A DNA stretch of 51,880 nucleotides, taken from NCBI GenBank assembly GCA_023134135.1, contig JAGLVB010000013.1:1-51880 (forward strand), read 5' to 3'. The position numbers were made by a program, and so were the translations under genes. Under the pieces are notes generated by a model. It was not told where the DNA came from. It searched no databases and saw nothing but the letters and a program-made list of their open reading frames with translations. Every line of letters begins with the position of its first letter. Within the stretch, counting starts at the first letter, position 1. Below are positions 17,112 through 27,408 of the stretch, piece by piece. This stretch comes from Candidatus Aenigmatarchaeota archaeon (GTDB lineage: Archaea; Aenigmatarchaeota; Aenigmatarchaeia; QMZS01).

Positions 17112-17713
17112 TATTAACATATGAAAAAATCCGGGAATTAAAACAACTTGAAAAACAAGATAAATTACAGGATTTACCTGAAAATTTTTCAATAGCTGTT
17201 GCTGAATACATTAATTTGAAGAAAGGGTCAGACGAAGAGGTTTCAGCAAAGAGTTTAATTAAGAGTTTGTATGATTTAAGAAAGAAGAAAATTATTAATT
17301 TAGCGGGATTATTTTACAAAACAGATAAAATTCCAGAAAATATAGAGGGTATGGAGGAAGAATTATATTTAAATACAGTAGAAATAATGAGAAAATATAA
17401 CATTTCTTTTGAAGGATTATTTAATAAACAATCTGAAACCGAAAGAACAGAATCAAAAAATAATAAACAATATTCTCAGAGCACAAAAACTAAAAATATG
17501 TTTAATTCTCTACAAATTAAAGAAGATACCGCAAACAAACCTTATGATAATAATTCACAAGAAAATAAATTAAAGGTTGTATTTTTATCAGATATACCTG
17601 AAATCATAACCCCTACAGGGGAAATATGTTCTTTCAAAAAAGAAGAAGAAAAGGAACTTAACACCGAATTTGCAATACAGCTTAAAGAACAGGGGTTTTG
17701 TAGATTTAAATAA
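17108..17713 (+). CDS. GINS subunit (Gins15/Gins51-like)
   Basis: 'LTYEKIREL..EK..LQDLPENF', 'LYDLRKKKIINLA', linker, then B-domain 'VVFLSDIPEI...L.EQG'; overlaps the cdc6 stop. Confidence 0.75.
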   Translation: MILTYEKIRELKQLEKQDKLQDLPENFSIAVAEYINLKKGSDEEVSAKSLIKSLYDLRKKKIINLAGLFYKTDKIPENIEGMEEELYLNTVEIMRKYNISFEGLFNKQSETERTESKNNKQYSQSTKTKNMFNSLQIKEDTANKPYDNNSQENKLKVVFLSDIPEIITPTGEICSFKKEEEKELNTEFAIQLKEQGFCRFK

Positions 17714-17722
17714 TAATTATAT

Positions 17723-18109
17723 ATGGATGTTGTAGTATCTGCGGTTTTGGTTCTTGTGCTTTCTTTATCTGTAGTTGGCATGGTGATACAATATGGCGCT
17801 CCTTTAATACAGGAACAGAAACAGGAGATGGATTTTGAACAGGGAAAAAATCTGGTAAATTATCTCTCTCTCACAGTTTCTGATTTAATTTCAGAGCCTA
17901 TAAATTCTTCAAGAGTAATTGAATTGAGCTTAAGAAAAGGTAAAATAGAATTCTTAGATAATAAAATATCTTTTTACCTTGGGTATCAAGAATACAATAA
18001 AGAGTTTTCAAAAGTAATATTCTCAGAGATAGATATTCTAATAGGAGAGACAAAAGTAAGGCTTACTAAGAAATTGAAGGACGAAATAGAAGTGGAATTA
18101 ATAGGTTAA
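17723..18109 (+). CDS. Membrane-anchored hypothetical protein (possibly pilin-like)
   Basis: Hydrophobic N-terminal helix followed by 'YGAPLIQEQKQ'; no clear class III signal peptide. Confidence 0.5.
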   Translation: MDVVVSAVLVLVLSLSVVGMVIQYGAPLIQEQKQEMDFEQGKNLVNYLSLTVSDLISEPINSSRVIELSLRKGKIEFLDNKISFYLGYQEYNKEFSKVIFSEIDILIGETKVRLTKKLKDEIEVELIG

Positions 18110-18174
18110 TTCTTAAATAATTAAGGTCTTACTATATAATTTAGTGTGGGTTTTGTTTATTCCTCAATAGGTTT

Positions 18175-18260
18175 AATACCCCGCAGCTCATTCACCCTTT
18201 AGATGATATATCATTAGCAAAGCTAACGAATGTGCTGCAAAGTGAGTGGAGCGAAGGGCG
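18175..18260. repeat. Nested-hairpin element; possible IS200/IS605-end or MITE remnant
   Basis: AATACCCCGCAGC...GCTGC outer stem, CATTC/GAATG stem, inner ATGATATATCAT and TTAGC-AAA-GCTAA; between convergent genes. Confidence 0.4.
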
Positions 18261-18264
18261 ATAT

Positions 18265-18891
18265 TTAAGTTAATTTAAGAATACCCTCAATATTTTTAAA
18301 GATATAATTTGGTTTTATTTTTTCAGCGGATTTTTTATTTAACACCCCTGTAAGAACAGCGCAGGAGTTTATTTTTGCGTTCTTTGCCATTTGAATATCA
18401 TAAGGAGAATCTCCAATAAATATTGTTTCATTTTTCTCGATTTTAAGGTGTTTTAAGATTTTAAAAATCATTTCAGGGTCTGGTTTGGTTTTTTTAACTT
18501 CTTCTGAGCAGATATGATAATCAATATATTCACTTAAATCATATTTTTCAATGATTTTATCAACAAGATAATTATTATTTCCTGTGGCAATCGCAATTTT
18601 CATATTTTTTTGTTTTAATTGCCTGAATGTTTTTTCAACAAAAGGAAATAGTTTAAATTTTTCAATACCAATTTTATCTTTTTCCATCTTAAAATATTTT
18701 ATTATTTCTTCTTTATTTTCCGGAGTAAAATATTCAATAATTTCTGTATAAGGTTTGCCAAATTGATTTTTAATATCTCTTTCATTAACTTCCATTCTAT
18801 ATTTTTTAAATGTTTTTTTGAAAAGGGAAGCCCATATATTAATAGAATTTGTTAATGTTCCATCCAAATCAAAAATAAAAGCTTTAAACAT
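18265..18891 (-). CDS. HAD-superfamily phosphatase
   Basis: FDLDGTL, 'KPDPE', 'FIGDSPYD'. Confidence 0.92.
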   Translation of the reverse strand: MFKAFIFDLDGTLTNSINIWASLFKKTFKKYRMEVNERDIKNQFGKPYTEIIEYFTPENKEEIIKYFKMEKDKIGIEKFKLFPFVEKTFRQLKQKNMKIAIATGNNNYLVDKIIEKYDLSEYIDYHICSEEVKKTKPDPEMIFKILKHLKIEKNETIFIGDSPYDIQMAKNAKINSCAVLTGVLNKKSAEKIKPNYIFKNIEGILKLT

Positions 18892-18906
18892 AAAAAAAGT
18901 AAAAAA

Positions 18907-19440
18907 TTAAGAATACTTCTTTAGTTTTTTTTCAATCAAACCTAAACCCTCTTTAGCGTCGCTTATCTTTTTCCCGCCAACACAAACAATACTCCCGCTT
19001 GAGAATACAAGGAAAGATACTTTTGGTTCTGTTAACCTGCATATAAGACCTGGGAAATTCTCAGGTTCATATTCTGAGTCTTCCATCTTAAAAGCAAGAT
19101 TTTCAAGATTTAAATCATAGCCTAAAGTGCCTACAGCAACGATATTCTCAATTTTTGTTTTGTATTTATCTTCTATTTTTACACCAAGTTTTTTTATCAT
19201 TTTCATTATTTTTTCTATTCCTGCTTTGGCTTCTTTCTCTGTTTTTGAACCAACACACACAATAGTTCCTGACCTGAAAACAAGAGCTGTGATGTTTGGA
19301 TCTTTTAATCTCATTACGAGTCCGGGAAATGCTTCTGGTTCATATTCTGCATCCACATATTCCTCTGCAATTTTCGTTAAAGGAAATATAGCTTCTACAT
19401 GCGCGGATACGACCACATTTTGAATTTTTATTTCTTCCAT
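18907..19440 (-). CDS. tbp: TATA-box-binding protein
   Basis: Two repeats of 'NVV/NIV...EYEPE.FPGL..RL..P....LVF.SG.IVCVG'. Confidence 0.97.
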   Translation of the reverse strand: MEEIKIQNVVVSAHVEAIFPLTKIAEEYVDAEYEPEAFPGLVMRLKDPNITALVFRSGTIVCVGSKTEKEAKAGIEKIMKMIKKLGVKIEDKYKTKIENIVAVGTLGYDLNLENLAFKMEDSEYEPENFPGLICRLTEPKVSFLVFSSGSIVCVGGKKISDAKEGLGLIEKKLKKYS

Positions 19441-19498
19441 TATAGAAACATTAAAATATTAATTAAAGCTATATATAAGATTATTTAGTAAAGGTTAT

Positions 19499-20992
19499 CT
19501 ATTTTTTAATAACTTGTTTTGTTAAATCAATTATTTCCTTGATATTGATTACTTTAAGGAAAATCAACAAACCGACAAATAAAATAATGGAGGTGGAAAA
19601 ACAGATAATCACTTCGAGAATTAGATTAGAGGTGATAATCAAATTCTTTAACAGATAGATGGATAAAAGTGAAACAACTCCTGAGACTAAAGTAAGACCC
19701 CATTCCCTAAAAGGAATTTTTATTTTTATTAATTTTCTTAATTCCACAAAACTGAATAAAAACATTGTGATATAAGTAATTAAAGTAGATATTGCAGCCC
19801 CGGTAATCCCGATTATTGGAATAAACACCAAATTTCCTATTAGATTTAGTGTTGCTCCCAGATATATTATTTTTGTGTATTTTTTAGGTTTACCCAGTCC
19901 GTTAAAAATAACCCCATTTATCTGGACTATTGAGAAAAAGAGAGCTCCAATTGCAAGGATTTTTAAAACATCTGAGCCCTGCGCATAAAAAGAACCGAAG
20001 AATAGGTTAAGAAGTTCTTTTGAGAAAGAGAAAGCCATTAGAGAAAGTGGAATTATCACAATCCAGATATACCTGTAAATAAGGGAAATTCCTTTTTCCA
20101 GACCTTTTATTTTTTTGGTTTTTAATTCCACCACAAGTGGGAATAAAACTGTTGAGAATGCGCCTGAAAAAAACCAAAGAAGTCTTGCTGTTGGCTGGGC
20201 GGTCTGGTAAATACCAACTTTTTCCAAACCAAGAAAAAATGTAATTAAGATTGTGTCTGTATCTCCTATAATCATACCTGCGGCTGAGGATAGCATTAGA
20301 GGCAATCCATATAAAACCAACTTTTTTGACAATTCTTTATTGAAGCTTAGTTTTACTTTAGGAATTAATTTCAATACTAAAGGGGAGAATAAAAGAAATA
20401 CAAAAATATAGGAACACAGGAAACCGATAGCAGGCGAAAGATAAGAGAAATTTAATAAGATAAATAAATAGGTAAAACCAAACCAAGACCATAACCTGCA
20501 GAATTCCACAAAAGCATACATTCTCATTTTTTGGAAACCCTGAAGCACCCCATAGAAGGTACTAAAACCAACCTGTACAAAATAAGTGATTGCGAGTATT
20601 TTTAAAACAAAGACTCCTTTTGAAATATCACCTGAAAGATGAAGATAATTTATTGCGAAAAACTCAGCGAAAGTGAAAATAATACCTGTAATAATCAAAG
20701 CAAATATCATATGAACAAAAAATACAAAATAAATAGAACTTTTTAATTCTTTAAGTTTGTTGCCTGATTTGAATTTTGAGATGTGGTAAACCAGACTCCC
20801 GGATAATCCAAAATCATTAAATAAAGCAAATAAACCAACTAAAGAAAGACAAGCATAGAATAACCCATAATCTGCGGGAGTGAGATTTGAAGTAAGGATA
20901 AACCTAAGGGAATAAGAAGCTATTGCTCCAAGGATGCTAAACAAGAAGATGAAGAAAGCTCCTGAAGCTGCTTTTTTCAGATAGTTAACCAT
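19499..20992 (-). CDS. Wzx-type oligosaccharide flippase
   Basis: Polytopic membrane protein with 'LTPADYGLF', 'DFGL', 'TDTILI...VGIY', 'GITGAAIST'. Confidence 0.9.
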   Translation of the reverse strand: MVNYLKKAASGAFFIFLFSILGAIASYSLRFILTSNLTPADYGLFYACLSLVGLFALFNDFGLSGSLVYHISKFKSGNKLKELKSSIYFVFFVHMIFALIITGIIFTFAEFFAINYLHLSGDISKGVFVLKILAITYFVQVGFSTFYGVLQGFQKMRMYAFVEFCRLWSWFGFTYLFILLNFSYLSPAIGFLCSYIFVFLLFSPLVLKLIPKVKLSFNKELSKKLVLYGLPLMLSSAAGMIIGDTDTILITFFLGLEKVGIYQTAQPTARLLWFFSGAFSTVLFPLVVELKTKKIKGLEKGISLIYRYIWIVIIPLSLMAFSFSKELLNLFFGSFYAQGSDVLKILAIGALFFSIVQINGVIFNGLGKPKKYTKIIYLGATLNLIGNLVFIPIIGITGAAISTLITYITMFLFSFVELRKLIKIKIPFREWGLTLVSGVVSLLSIYLLKNLIITSNLILEVIICFSTSIILFVGLLIFLKVINIKEIIDLTKQVIKK

Positions 20993-21051
20993 AATAACTT
21001 ATTCTGGTTTTTTAGATGGTTTGAAAGGATTAATTTTTCAGAAATATATTT

Positions 21052-21558
21052 ATGAGATTGTCGATAATATTGGGAACAAGACCGGAGATTATAAAAATGT
21101 CACCGGTTATCAGGAAATGCAAGGAATTAGAAATAGATTATTTTATAATCCATACAGGACAGCACTATTCTTATTGTATGGATAAACTCTTTTTTGAGCA
21201 GCTTGAAATCCCAGAGCCAAAATATAATCTGGAGGTGGGTTCAGGGACTCACGGGGAGCAGACTGGAAAAATGCTTGCGGGAATAGAGAGAATTTTGCAG
21301 AAAGAGAACCCGGACGTTGTTTTAGTGGAAGGTGATACAGATACTGTGCTTGCGGGAGCTTTGGCAGCGCATAAATTGCAGATAAAAGTAGCTCATGTTG
21401 AGGCAGGTTTAAGAAGTTATGACCGGAGAATGCCTGAAGAAATAAACCGGATTTTAACAGACCATTGCTCAGATCTGTTATTTCCCCCAACAGAAAAATC
21501 AAAAGAAATTTTGTTAAATGAGGGGTTTGATGAAAAAACAATATTTGTGATGGTATAA
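21052..21558 (+). pseudogene. wecB: Truncated UDP-GlcNAc 2-epimerase (N-terminal half only)
   Basis: 'GTRPEIIK', 'HTGQHY', 'HVEAGLRS..MPEEINR'; stops at 168 aa whereas the family is ~360-380 aa. Confidence 0.85.
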
Positions 21559-21559
21559 T

Positions 21560-21745
21560 CCTAAAAGCAACAGAAAAGAGGACTCTTTAGTCACATATAA
21601 AGAAGCAGAGCCATTTACAACAAAGATTAAGACAATTGACTGCTCAGATGCAGTTAATGACTTGAAACACGACCCAAAAATAACCACCGAAGAAGGGATT
21701 AAAAGAACGATGGAGTGGATGAAGTGGTTTTATCGGTTGAATTGA
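21560..21745 (+). pseudogene. Orphan C-terminal fragment of an NAD-dependent epimerase
   Basis: Manual translation ...DSLVTYKEAEPFTTKIKTIDCSDAVNDLKHDPKITTEEGIKRTMEWMKWFYRLN*; no start codon or Rossmann fold. Confidence 0.6.
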
Positions 21746-21883
21746 ACAGATAATTTAATAAAACCATTTGTTTAAGTTTATATATAAAATTATATCCTAT
21801 TATGGTAGTTAATACAAATATTAAGAAATTTGAAAGAAAAATTATCTCTAATAATTTTAGAGAGAATAATATTATAGAATAAT

Positions 21884-23023
21884 ATGGAAGCAGAAAGGAT
21901 GAATAGGGGTGTTAATATTGTGGATTTGGAGAAAGATATTTCAAATACAAAGCAGGTTCTTGAACTTATGAAAGCCCAGATAGCAATGCTTGGGGAGCAG
22001 ATACCTGTAATAGAAACCGAAGAGCAGAAACCAGAGGAATTTCCGGATTATAATGAAAAAAAAGTTCTTGTAACTGGAGGAGCCGGAGCAATAGGCACAA
22101 ATCTTTCAAAGAGATTAGCAGAACTCGGGGCAAAGGTGACAATTCTTGACAATCTTTCTTCAGCTTATGAATGGAATATCCCGGTTCACAAAAACATAAA
22201 ATTTGTAAAAGGAGATATTCTTAATGATGAGGATTTGAAAAGAGTTTTCAAGGAAAAGCCCGATTACATTTTCCACTTAACCGCGCATTTTGCAAACCAA
22301 AATTCTGTGGACAGCCCGGAAACTGATTTGATGATAAACGGGATTGGAATTCTGAAAGTATTGCAGTACGCCAATCTAGTAAAAGTAAAAAGATTTGTTT
22401 ATTCTTCTTCAGGTTGCGGGGTTTATGGACTTGATTCAAAAATGCCTTTTGAGGAACATGACATTTCTATAAAATTGCACACACCTTATCAGGTAACAAA
22501 ATTACTCGGTGAGTTGTACACAAATTATTTTTATAATTTATATAATCTCCCAATTGTGAACGCAAGATTTTCTAATGTTTTTGGTCCGGGGGAAGTTCCG
22601 GGAAAATACAGAAATGCAATTCCAAATTTCTTTTACTGGGCGCTGAACGGGAAATCAATTCCAATAACAGGAACAGGAGAAGAGACAAGAGACTGGACTT
22701 ATGTGGGAGATATTGTTAATGGATTGCTTGCGATGGGTCTTGAAGAAAAAGCAATAGGCGAATCAATCAATCTTGGTTCCGGGAAAGAATATAAAATAAT
22801 AGATGTGGCAACGGAAGTGAATAGATTAACCGGAAATAATACTGGGATGAAACAGGTGAGGGGAAGGGACTGGGATGTTAAAAAAAGACTTTGTTCTTCA
22901 GTTGAAAAGGCAAGGAGAATTTTAGGTTATGAACCAAAAACCGCATTCGAAGAAGGTCTCGGAAAGGTTTATAAATGGTTTGTGGAAAATAAATATAATA
23001 TAAATAAATCAGTTGAATTCTAA
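21884..23023 (+). CDS. NAD-dependent nucleotide-sugar epimerase/dehydratase
   Basis: TGGAGAIG, YQVTK catalytic YxxxK, 'TRDWTYV'; ~55-aa N-terminal extension. Confidence 0.92.
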   Translation: MEAERMNRGVNIVDLEKDISNTKQVLELMKAQIAMLGEQIPVIETEEQKPEEFPDYNEKKVLVTGGAGAIGTNLSKRLAELGAKVTILDNLSSAYEWNIPVHKNIKFVKGDILNDEDLKRVFKEKPDYIFHLTAHFANQNSVDSPETDLMINGIGILKVLQYANLVKVKRFVYSSSGCGVYGLDSKMPFEEHDISIKLHTPYQVTKLLGELYTNYFYNLYNLPIVNARFSNVFGPGEVPGKYRNAIPNFFYWALNGKSIPITGTGEETRDWTYVGDIVNGLLAMGLEEKAIGESINLGSGKEYKIIDVATEVNRLTGNNTGMKQVRGRDWDVKKRLCSSVEKARRILGYEPKTAFEEGLGKVYKWFVENKYNINKSVEF

Positions 23024-23024
23024 T

Positions 23025-24215
23025 ATGAATATTTTGGTTGTTCAGGAATCAGATTGGATTGAGAAAGGACCGCACACAACTCATCATTTATTTGAGAGAT
23101 TATCAAAAAAAGGTCACAGAATAAATGTGATCGATTTTGAAATTTCATGGAGAAATCACAAAAAAGAAATAAGCTCCAAAAGAAAAGTTTTTAAAAACCA
23201 ACATAAAGCGATAAAAGAGGGGAACATTACAGTCATAAGACCCCCAATTATAAAACTACCTATTTTAGAATATCTCTCTTTGTTATATACACATAGAAAA
23301 GAAATAAAGAGACAAATAGCAGACTTTCATCCGGATGTGATTATTGGTTTCGGGATTCTTAATGCCAATATTGCGGGTAAGTTAGCAAAAAAGAAAAATA
23401 TTCCTTTTGTATATTATCTGATGGATTCTTTGAATGAGTTGGTGCCCCAAAAGATATTTAAACCCATTGCAAGAATAATTGAGAGTAAAAATATGAAACT
23501 TGCGGATAAGGTAATCTCTTTGAATGAATGTCTTAGAGAGTATACAATAAAACTGGGCGCAGATATAAAAAAGACCGAGGTAATCAGGTCAGGTATTGAT
23601 TTAAGCAGATATAATCCAAAAATTAAAGGGGATGAAATAAGAGAAAAATATGGGATTAAAGATTATGAACTGGTTTTATTTTTCATGGGCTGGCTCTATG
23701 ATTTTTCTGGTTTGAAGGAAGTTGCTGTTGAATTGTTAAAATATAAAAATATAAAAATTTTAATTGTTGGTGAAGGCGATGCTTATAAACACCTAAAAAA
23801 AATAAGTAAAGAAGCGGGAGATAGGATAATTCTTACAGGGAAACAACCCTATGAAAAAATCCCAGAATTTATATCTGCTTCAGATGTTTGTTTGCTTCCC
23901 GCCCATAACAATAAAATTATGCGGGATATAGTTCCTATAAAAATGTATGAATATATGGCCATGGAAAAACCAGTTATTTCAACAAAGTTGCCTGGAGTTA
24001 TATTGGAATTTGAAGAAAATAATGGAGTTTTATATGTAGATAAACCAGAAGATGTTGTTGAGAAAGCCCTGAAATTGGATAAAAAACACACAATCAAAAT
24101 AGAAGGAAAGAAAGCAAGAAAATTTGTTGAAAGAATGGACTGGAGTTTATTGGTGGATAAATTTGAAGAGTCTATTCTTGAGGGTGTGAATAAAAAATCA
24201 ATCCAAATCAGATAA
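23025..24215 (+). CDS. Glycosyltransferase family 4
   Basis: 'PIKMYEYMAMEKPVIST' GT-B motif; ATG at 23025 preferred. Confidence 0.9.
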   Translation: MNILVVQESDWIEKGPHTTHHLFERLSKKGHRINVIDFEISWRNHKKEISSKRKVFKNQHKAIKEGNITVIRPPIIKLPILEYLSLLYTHRKEIKRQIADFHPDVIIGFGILNANIAGKLAKKKNIPFVYYLMDSLNELVPQKIFKPIARIIESKNMKLADKVISLNECLREYTIKLGADIKKTEVIRSGIDLSRYNPKIKGDEIREKYGIKDYELVLFFMGWLYDFSGLKEVAVELLKYKNIKILIVGEGDAYKHLKKISKEAGDRIILTGKQPYEKIPEFISASDVCLLPAHNNKIMRDIVPIKMYEYMAMEKPVISTKLPGVILEFEENNGVLYVDKPEDVVEKALKLDKKHTIKIEGKKARKFVERMDWSLLVDKFEESILEGVNKKSIQIR

Positions 24216-24223
24216 GATATATT

Positions 24224-25348
24224 TTACAGGTAGTATATTTTTTTCTTTATTAATTTACTCAACCCTATAATTAATCTAACAACTTTTTCAGAAACATTTG
24301 TATCTCTATAATTTTCAGGACATAAAAATTTAACTCCCCTTTTCTTTTGATCCACAACAATTTCTATAGAATTCAAAATTATTTCAGAGTCTATACCCGT
24401 CATTATTACATTTCCTGTGTCATAGACTTCTTGTTTCTCATTACTCTCTCTTATTACCAGAGCCGGCAGTTCCATAATCGCGGCATCTTCATGTATTGTT
24501 CCGCTGTCGGATAAGTTACAATATGCATTTTTTTGTAATTTTATGTAATCAAACATACCAAAAGGATTATTTAGTTTAATTAATTTATTTAATTTTATTT
24601 TATTTTTGTTTAGTTTTTTCTTTAATCTGGGATGGGTGGAGATTATCAAAGGATATTTGTATTTTTTGGCTATTTTTTCCAAAGCTTTTAAAATATTTAA
24701 TAAATTTTCTTCATTATCTAAATTTTCTTCGCGGTGGATACTTACCACAAAATATTTATTTTCTTCTATATTTAACTTTTTTAGTATATTTGATTGATTT
24801 ATTTTTGACTGGTTTGCCATTATTATTTCAGCCATTGGAGAGCCGGTTACAAAAATATATTCGGATTTCAATCCTTCTTTTAATAAATTCCGTCTTGCGT
24901 GTTCTGTATAGGGTAGGTTTACATCAGAAGTGTGATCAACAATTTTTCTATTTATTTCTTCAGGAACCCTGTCATCAAAACATCTATTTCCGGCTTCCAT
25001 ATGGAATATTGGTATTTTTAATCTTTTTGCAATAATACAGGATAATGCCGAATTTGTATCTCCCAATATCAAGATGGAATCGGGTTTTTCTTTCAGAATT
25101 ATTTTTTCTGTTTGCGATATTATTCTTCCAATCTGTTCCCCAATTGATTTGCTTTTTACATCAAGAAGGTAGTCAGGTTTCTTCAGATTTAATTCCTTAA
25201 AAAAAATATCATTTAATTCATAGTTATAGTTCTGATTGGTATGGACTAAAACATGGTTTGTGTATTTTTCCAGTTTTTTTATTGTTTCTGATAATCTTAT
25301 TATTTCTGGTCTTGTGCCTAAAATACTCATCACTTTTAGTTTACCCAT
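24224..25348 (-). CDS. fnlC: UDP-sugar 2-epimerase, FnlC/CapG/WbjD type
   Basis: 'GTRPEIIRLS', 'HMEAGNRCFD.RVPEEINRKIVDH', 'SDSGTI'; operon with fnlA and fnlB-like genes. Confidence 0.8.
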   Translation of the reverse strand: MGKLKVMSILGTRPEIIRLSETIKKLEKYTNHVLVHTNQNYNYELNDIFFKELNLKKPDYLLDVKSKSIGEQIGRIISQTEKIILKEKPDSILILGDTNSALSCIIAKRLKIPIFHMEAGNRCFDDRVPEEINRKIVDHTSDVNLPYTEHARRNLLKEGLKSEYIFVTGSPMAEIIMANQSKINQSNILKKLNIEENKYFVVSIHREENLDNEENLLNILKALEKIAKKYKYPLIISTHPRLKKKLNKNKIKLNKLIKLNNPFGMFDYIKLQKNAYCNLSDSGTIHEDAAIMELPALVIRESNEKQEVYDTGNVIMTGIDSEIILNSIEIVVDQKKRGVKFLCPENYRDTNVSEKVVRLIIGLSKLIKKKIYYL

Positions 25349-25352
25349 AATA

Positions 25353-25721
25353 TCATTCTTCAAATTTAAATGTATCGGGGTCACTTTCGTCGTATTCTTC
25401 ACTAATAATTATTAAAATCTCACAATCTTTCGCATTATTTTTATTATTTAAAATATGATTCTCAAAAGGATTCACTTTAACTAACTCTCTGTTTGAACTA
25501 TCCAATAAGATGCATCTTTTACTTTTTTTATTAACCTCAGTTAATAATAACTCGCATTTACCATGCAAACAACAAAACCATTCCACTTTTCTTTTATGAT
25601 AATGATTGCCTCTGGAGTGTCCGGGTTTAATAATAAGAAAACTAAGCTGACCAAAAATTACTTCATTTTTCTTTGCAATTTCCTGAAATAAACCGCTTTC
25701 ATTTTCATGTACCGGGTTCAT
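25353..25721 (-). CDS. Cupin sugar epimerase (C-terminal domain of FnlB/CapF)
   Basis: 'FGQ....KPG..RGNHYHKRKVEWF', 'DPDTF'. Confidence 0.8.
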   Translation of the reverse strand: MNPVHENESGLFQEIAKKNEVIFGQLSFLIIKPGHSRGNHYHKRKVEWFCCLHGKCELLLTEVNKKSKRCILLDSSNRELVKVNPFENHILNNKNNAKDCEILIIISEEYDESDPDTFKFEE

Positions 25722-25725
25722 TATT

Positions 25726-26379
25726 TTATTCCTTTTTATAATAATTTAAACATTTTTCAAGATTTTTATGATAACCTAATTTTTCAGTTAAATATAGATA
25801 AATTTCTTTTATTGATATAATTTCACCTTTAGGTTTTTTATAGGAATTGAATTTAGGCAATAATAGTTCATTAATTAAATCATCAATAAATATAAATTCT
25901 CTCTTTGTGTTTTGACTGTTGATAGTAACGGCTTGATTATTGGTAATCTGGTAACAAAATGTTGCAACCACGGAATTATAGAAGGGTTTGCCGCCAGGTC
26001 CATATACATTAGGTATATCAAATATACACCATTTTTTTGTTTTTTTTATCAGTTCTTCTTCTATTGTTTTTGTGAATCCATATTCAGAATTTGGGTTGGA
26101 TGTTGCTTGTTTGCTGGACGAAAATATTATTTCAGGATATTTTTTTTCAACAATCATTGCAAAAATTAAATTTGCGGTGGATATAATATTATTTTGCAAT
26201 ATTCCGCCTTCTTCTTCGCGATTTTTACCTGCCAGATGATAAATTCTGTCGCATTTTAAGATAAATTTTCTTACTTGTTTTAAGTCTTTTAAATCACCTT
26301 TAAAAAGTATTGGGTTTTTTATTTTTTTCTTCAAGTGGCTTCCTATAAAACCATTCCCCCCAGTAATACCAATATTCAT
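25726..26379 (-). CDS. Short SDR reductase (N-terminal domain of FnlB/CapF)
   Basis: TGGNGFIG, 'HLAGKNR', YGFTK, 'PNVYG..GKPFYNSVVATFC'. Confidence 0.8.
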   Translation of the reverse strand: MNIGITGGNGFIGSHLKKKIKNPILFKGDLKDLKQVRKFILKCDRIYHLAGKNREEEGGILQNNIISTANLIFAMIVEKKYPEIIFSSSKQATSNPNSEYGFTKTIEEELIKKTKKWCIFDIPNVYGPGGKPFYNSVVATFCYQITNNQAVTINSQNTKREFIFIDDLINELLLPKFNSYKKPKGEIISIKEIYLYLTEKLGYHKNLEKCLNYYKKE

Positions 26380-27359
26380 AAAAGATTACTTTGTTTAATT
26401 AATTCTAAAGTCTGTTTGGCATTATATCTAATTGTATTTGCAGATGTGTAGGGTTCTGGTCGGGTTTCACGTTCTCCTTTAAAGAAATAATCTTCAGTTT
26501 CAGTTTTTTGTTTTGGCACTCTGACGAAATTAATATTGTTTTCGGTCAGGTCTATAGAACGAAACACTTCATCTGAAGTTAATAAAGTTTCATGCATTTT
26601 TTCACCAGGTCGGATTCCAATAGTCTTTTTTTCAAACTTTCTTTTAAAGTGAAGTTCCAGTGCTTCGGTTAAGGTTCTTATTTCACAGGAAGGAGATTTA
26701 ATTACAAAAAGGTCTCCTGACTTTCCATCAAACAAGCATTTAAGTGCTAAATCTACAGCTTGGTCAAGTAATAGCAAAAATCTTGTCATATAGGGATTGG
26801 TAATTGTTAAGGGTTTATTTTTTGATATTTGCTCCAGGAATAAAGGAAGTACAGAGCCCCTAGACCCCAAAACATTACCATATCTTAAGCTTAGACAGAT
26901 AGTATCTCCTTCAAAAGCAGCAACTACTTTTTCCCCCAAAGCTTTACTCATACCATAAGCATTTATAGGATAAACGGCTTTATCAGTGCTGAGATTTACC
27001 ACTTTTTTTACACCACACTCTTCTGCAGCTTCCAAAACGTTTTTTATACCCAGCACATTTGTTTCTATCACCTCCTCTGGAAAATTTTCTCCAGTGGGAA
27101 CGTGTTTCAAAGCAGCTGCATGGAAAATATAATCAACATCTTTAAAAACCCTACTTAATTTCATCCTGTTTCTTATATCACCGATTATATATTTAACATT
27201 TTTGTTTAGTCTGTTAACCATCATATCATGCTGCTTTTTTTCATCTCTGCTGAATACAATAAGTTCTGCATCCAAATCCAGCAACTTGTCAAGTAAAGCA
27301 TTTCCAAATGACCCTGTCCCTCCAGTAATTAAAATTCTTTTACCAACCAATTGCTTCAT
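26376..27359 (-). CDS. fnlA: UDP-GlcNAc 4,6-dehydratase, FnlA/CapE/WbjB type
   Basis: TGGTGSFG, 'FSRDEKKQ', 'HAAALKHVP', 'STDKAVYPINAYGMSKA', 'RYGNVLGSRGSV', 'GIRPGEKMHE'. Confidence 0.85.
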   Translation of the reverse strand: MKQLVGKRILITGGTGSFGNALLDKLLDLDAELIVFSRDEKKQHDMMVNRLNKNVKYIIGDIRNRMKLSRVFKDVDYIFHAAALKHVPTGENFPEEVIETNVLGIKNVLEAAEECGVKKVVNLSTDKAVYPINAYGMSKALGEKVVAAFEGDTICLSLRYGNVLGSRGSVLPLFLEQISKNKPLTITNPYMTRFLLLLDQAVDLALKCLFDGKSGDLFVIKSPSCEIRTLTEALELHFKRKFEKKTIGIRPGEKMHETLLTSDEVFRSIDLTENNINFVRVPKQKTETEDYFFKGERETRPEPYTSANTIRYNAKQTLELIKQSNLL

Positions 27360-27408
27360 AATCTATTAAATTAAATTTATTAAAATAAAATTTCTTAGTA
27401 TAAATATT

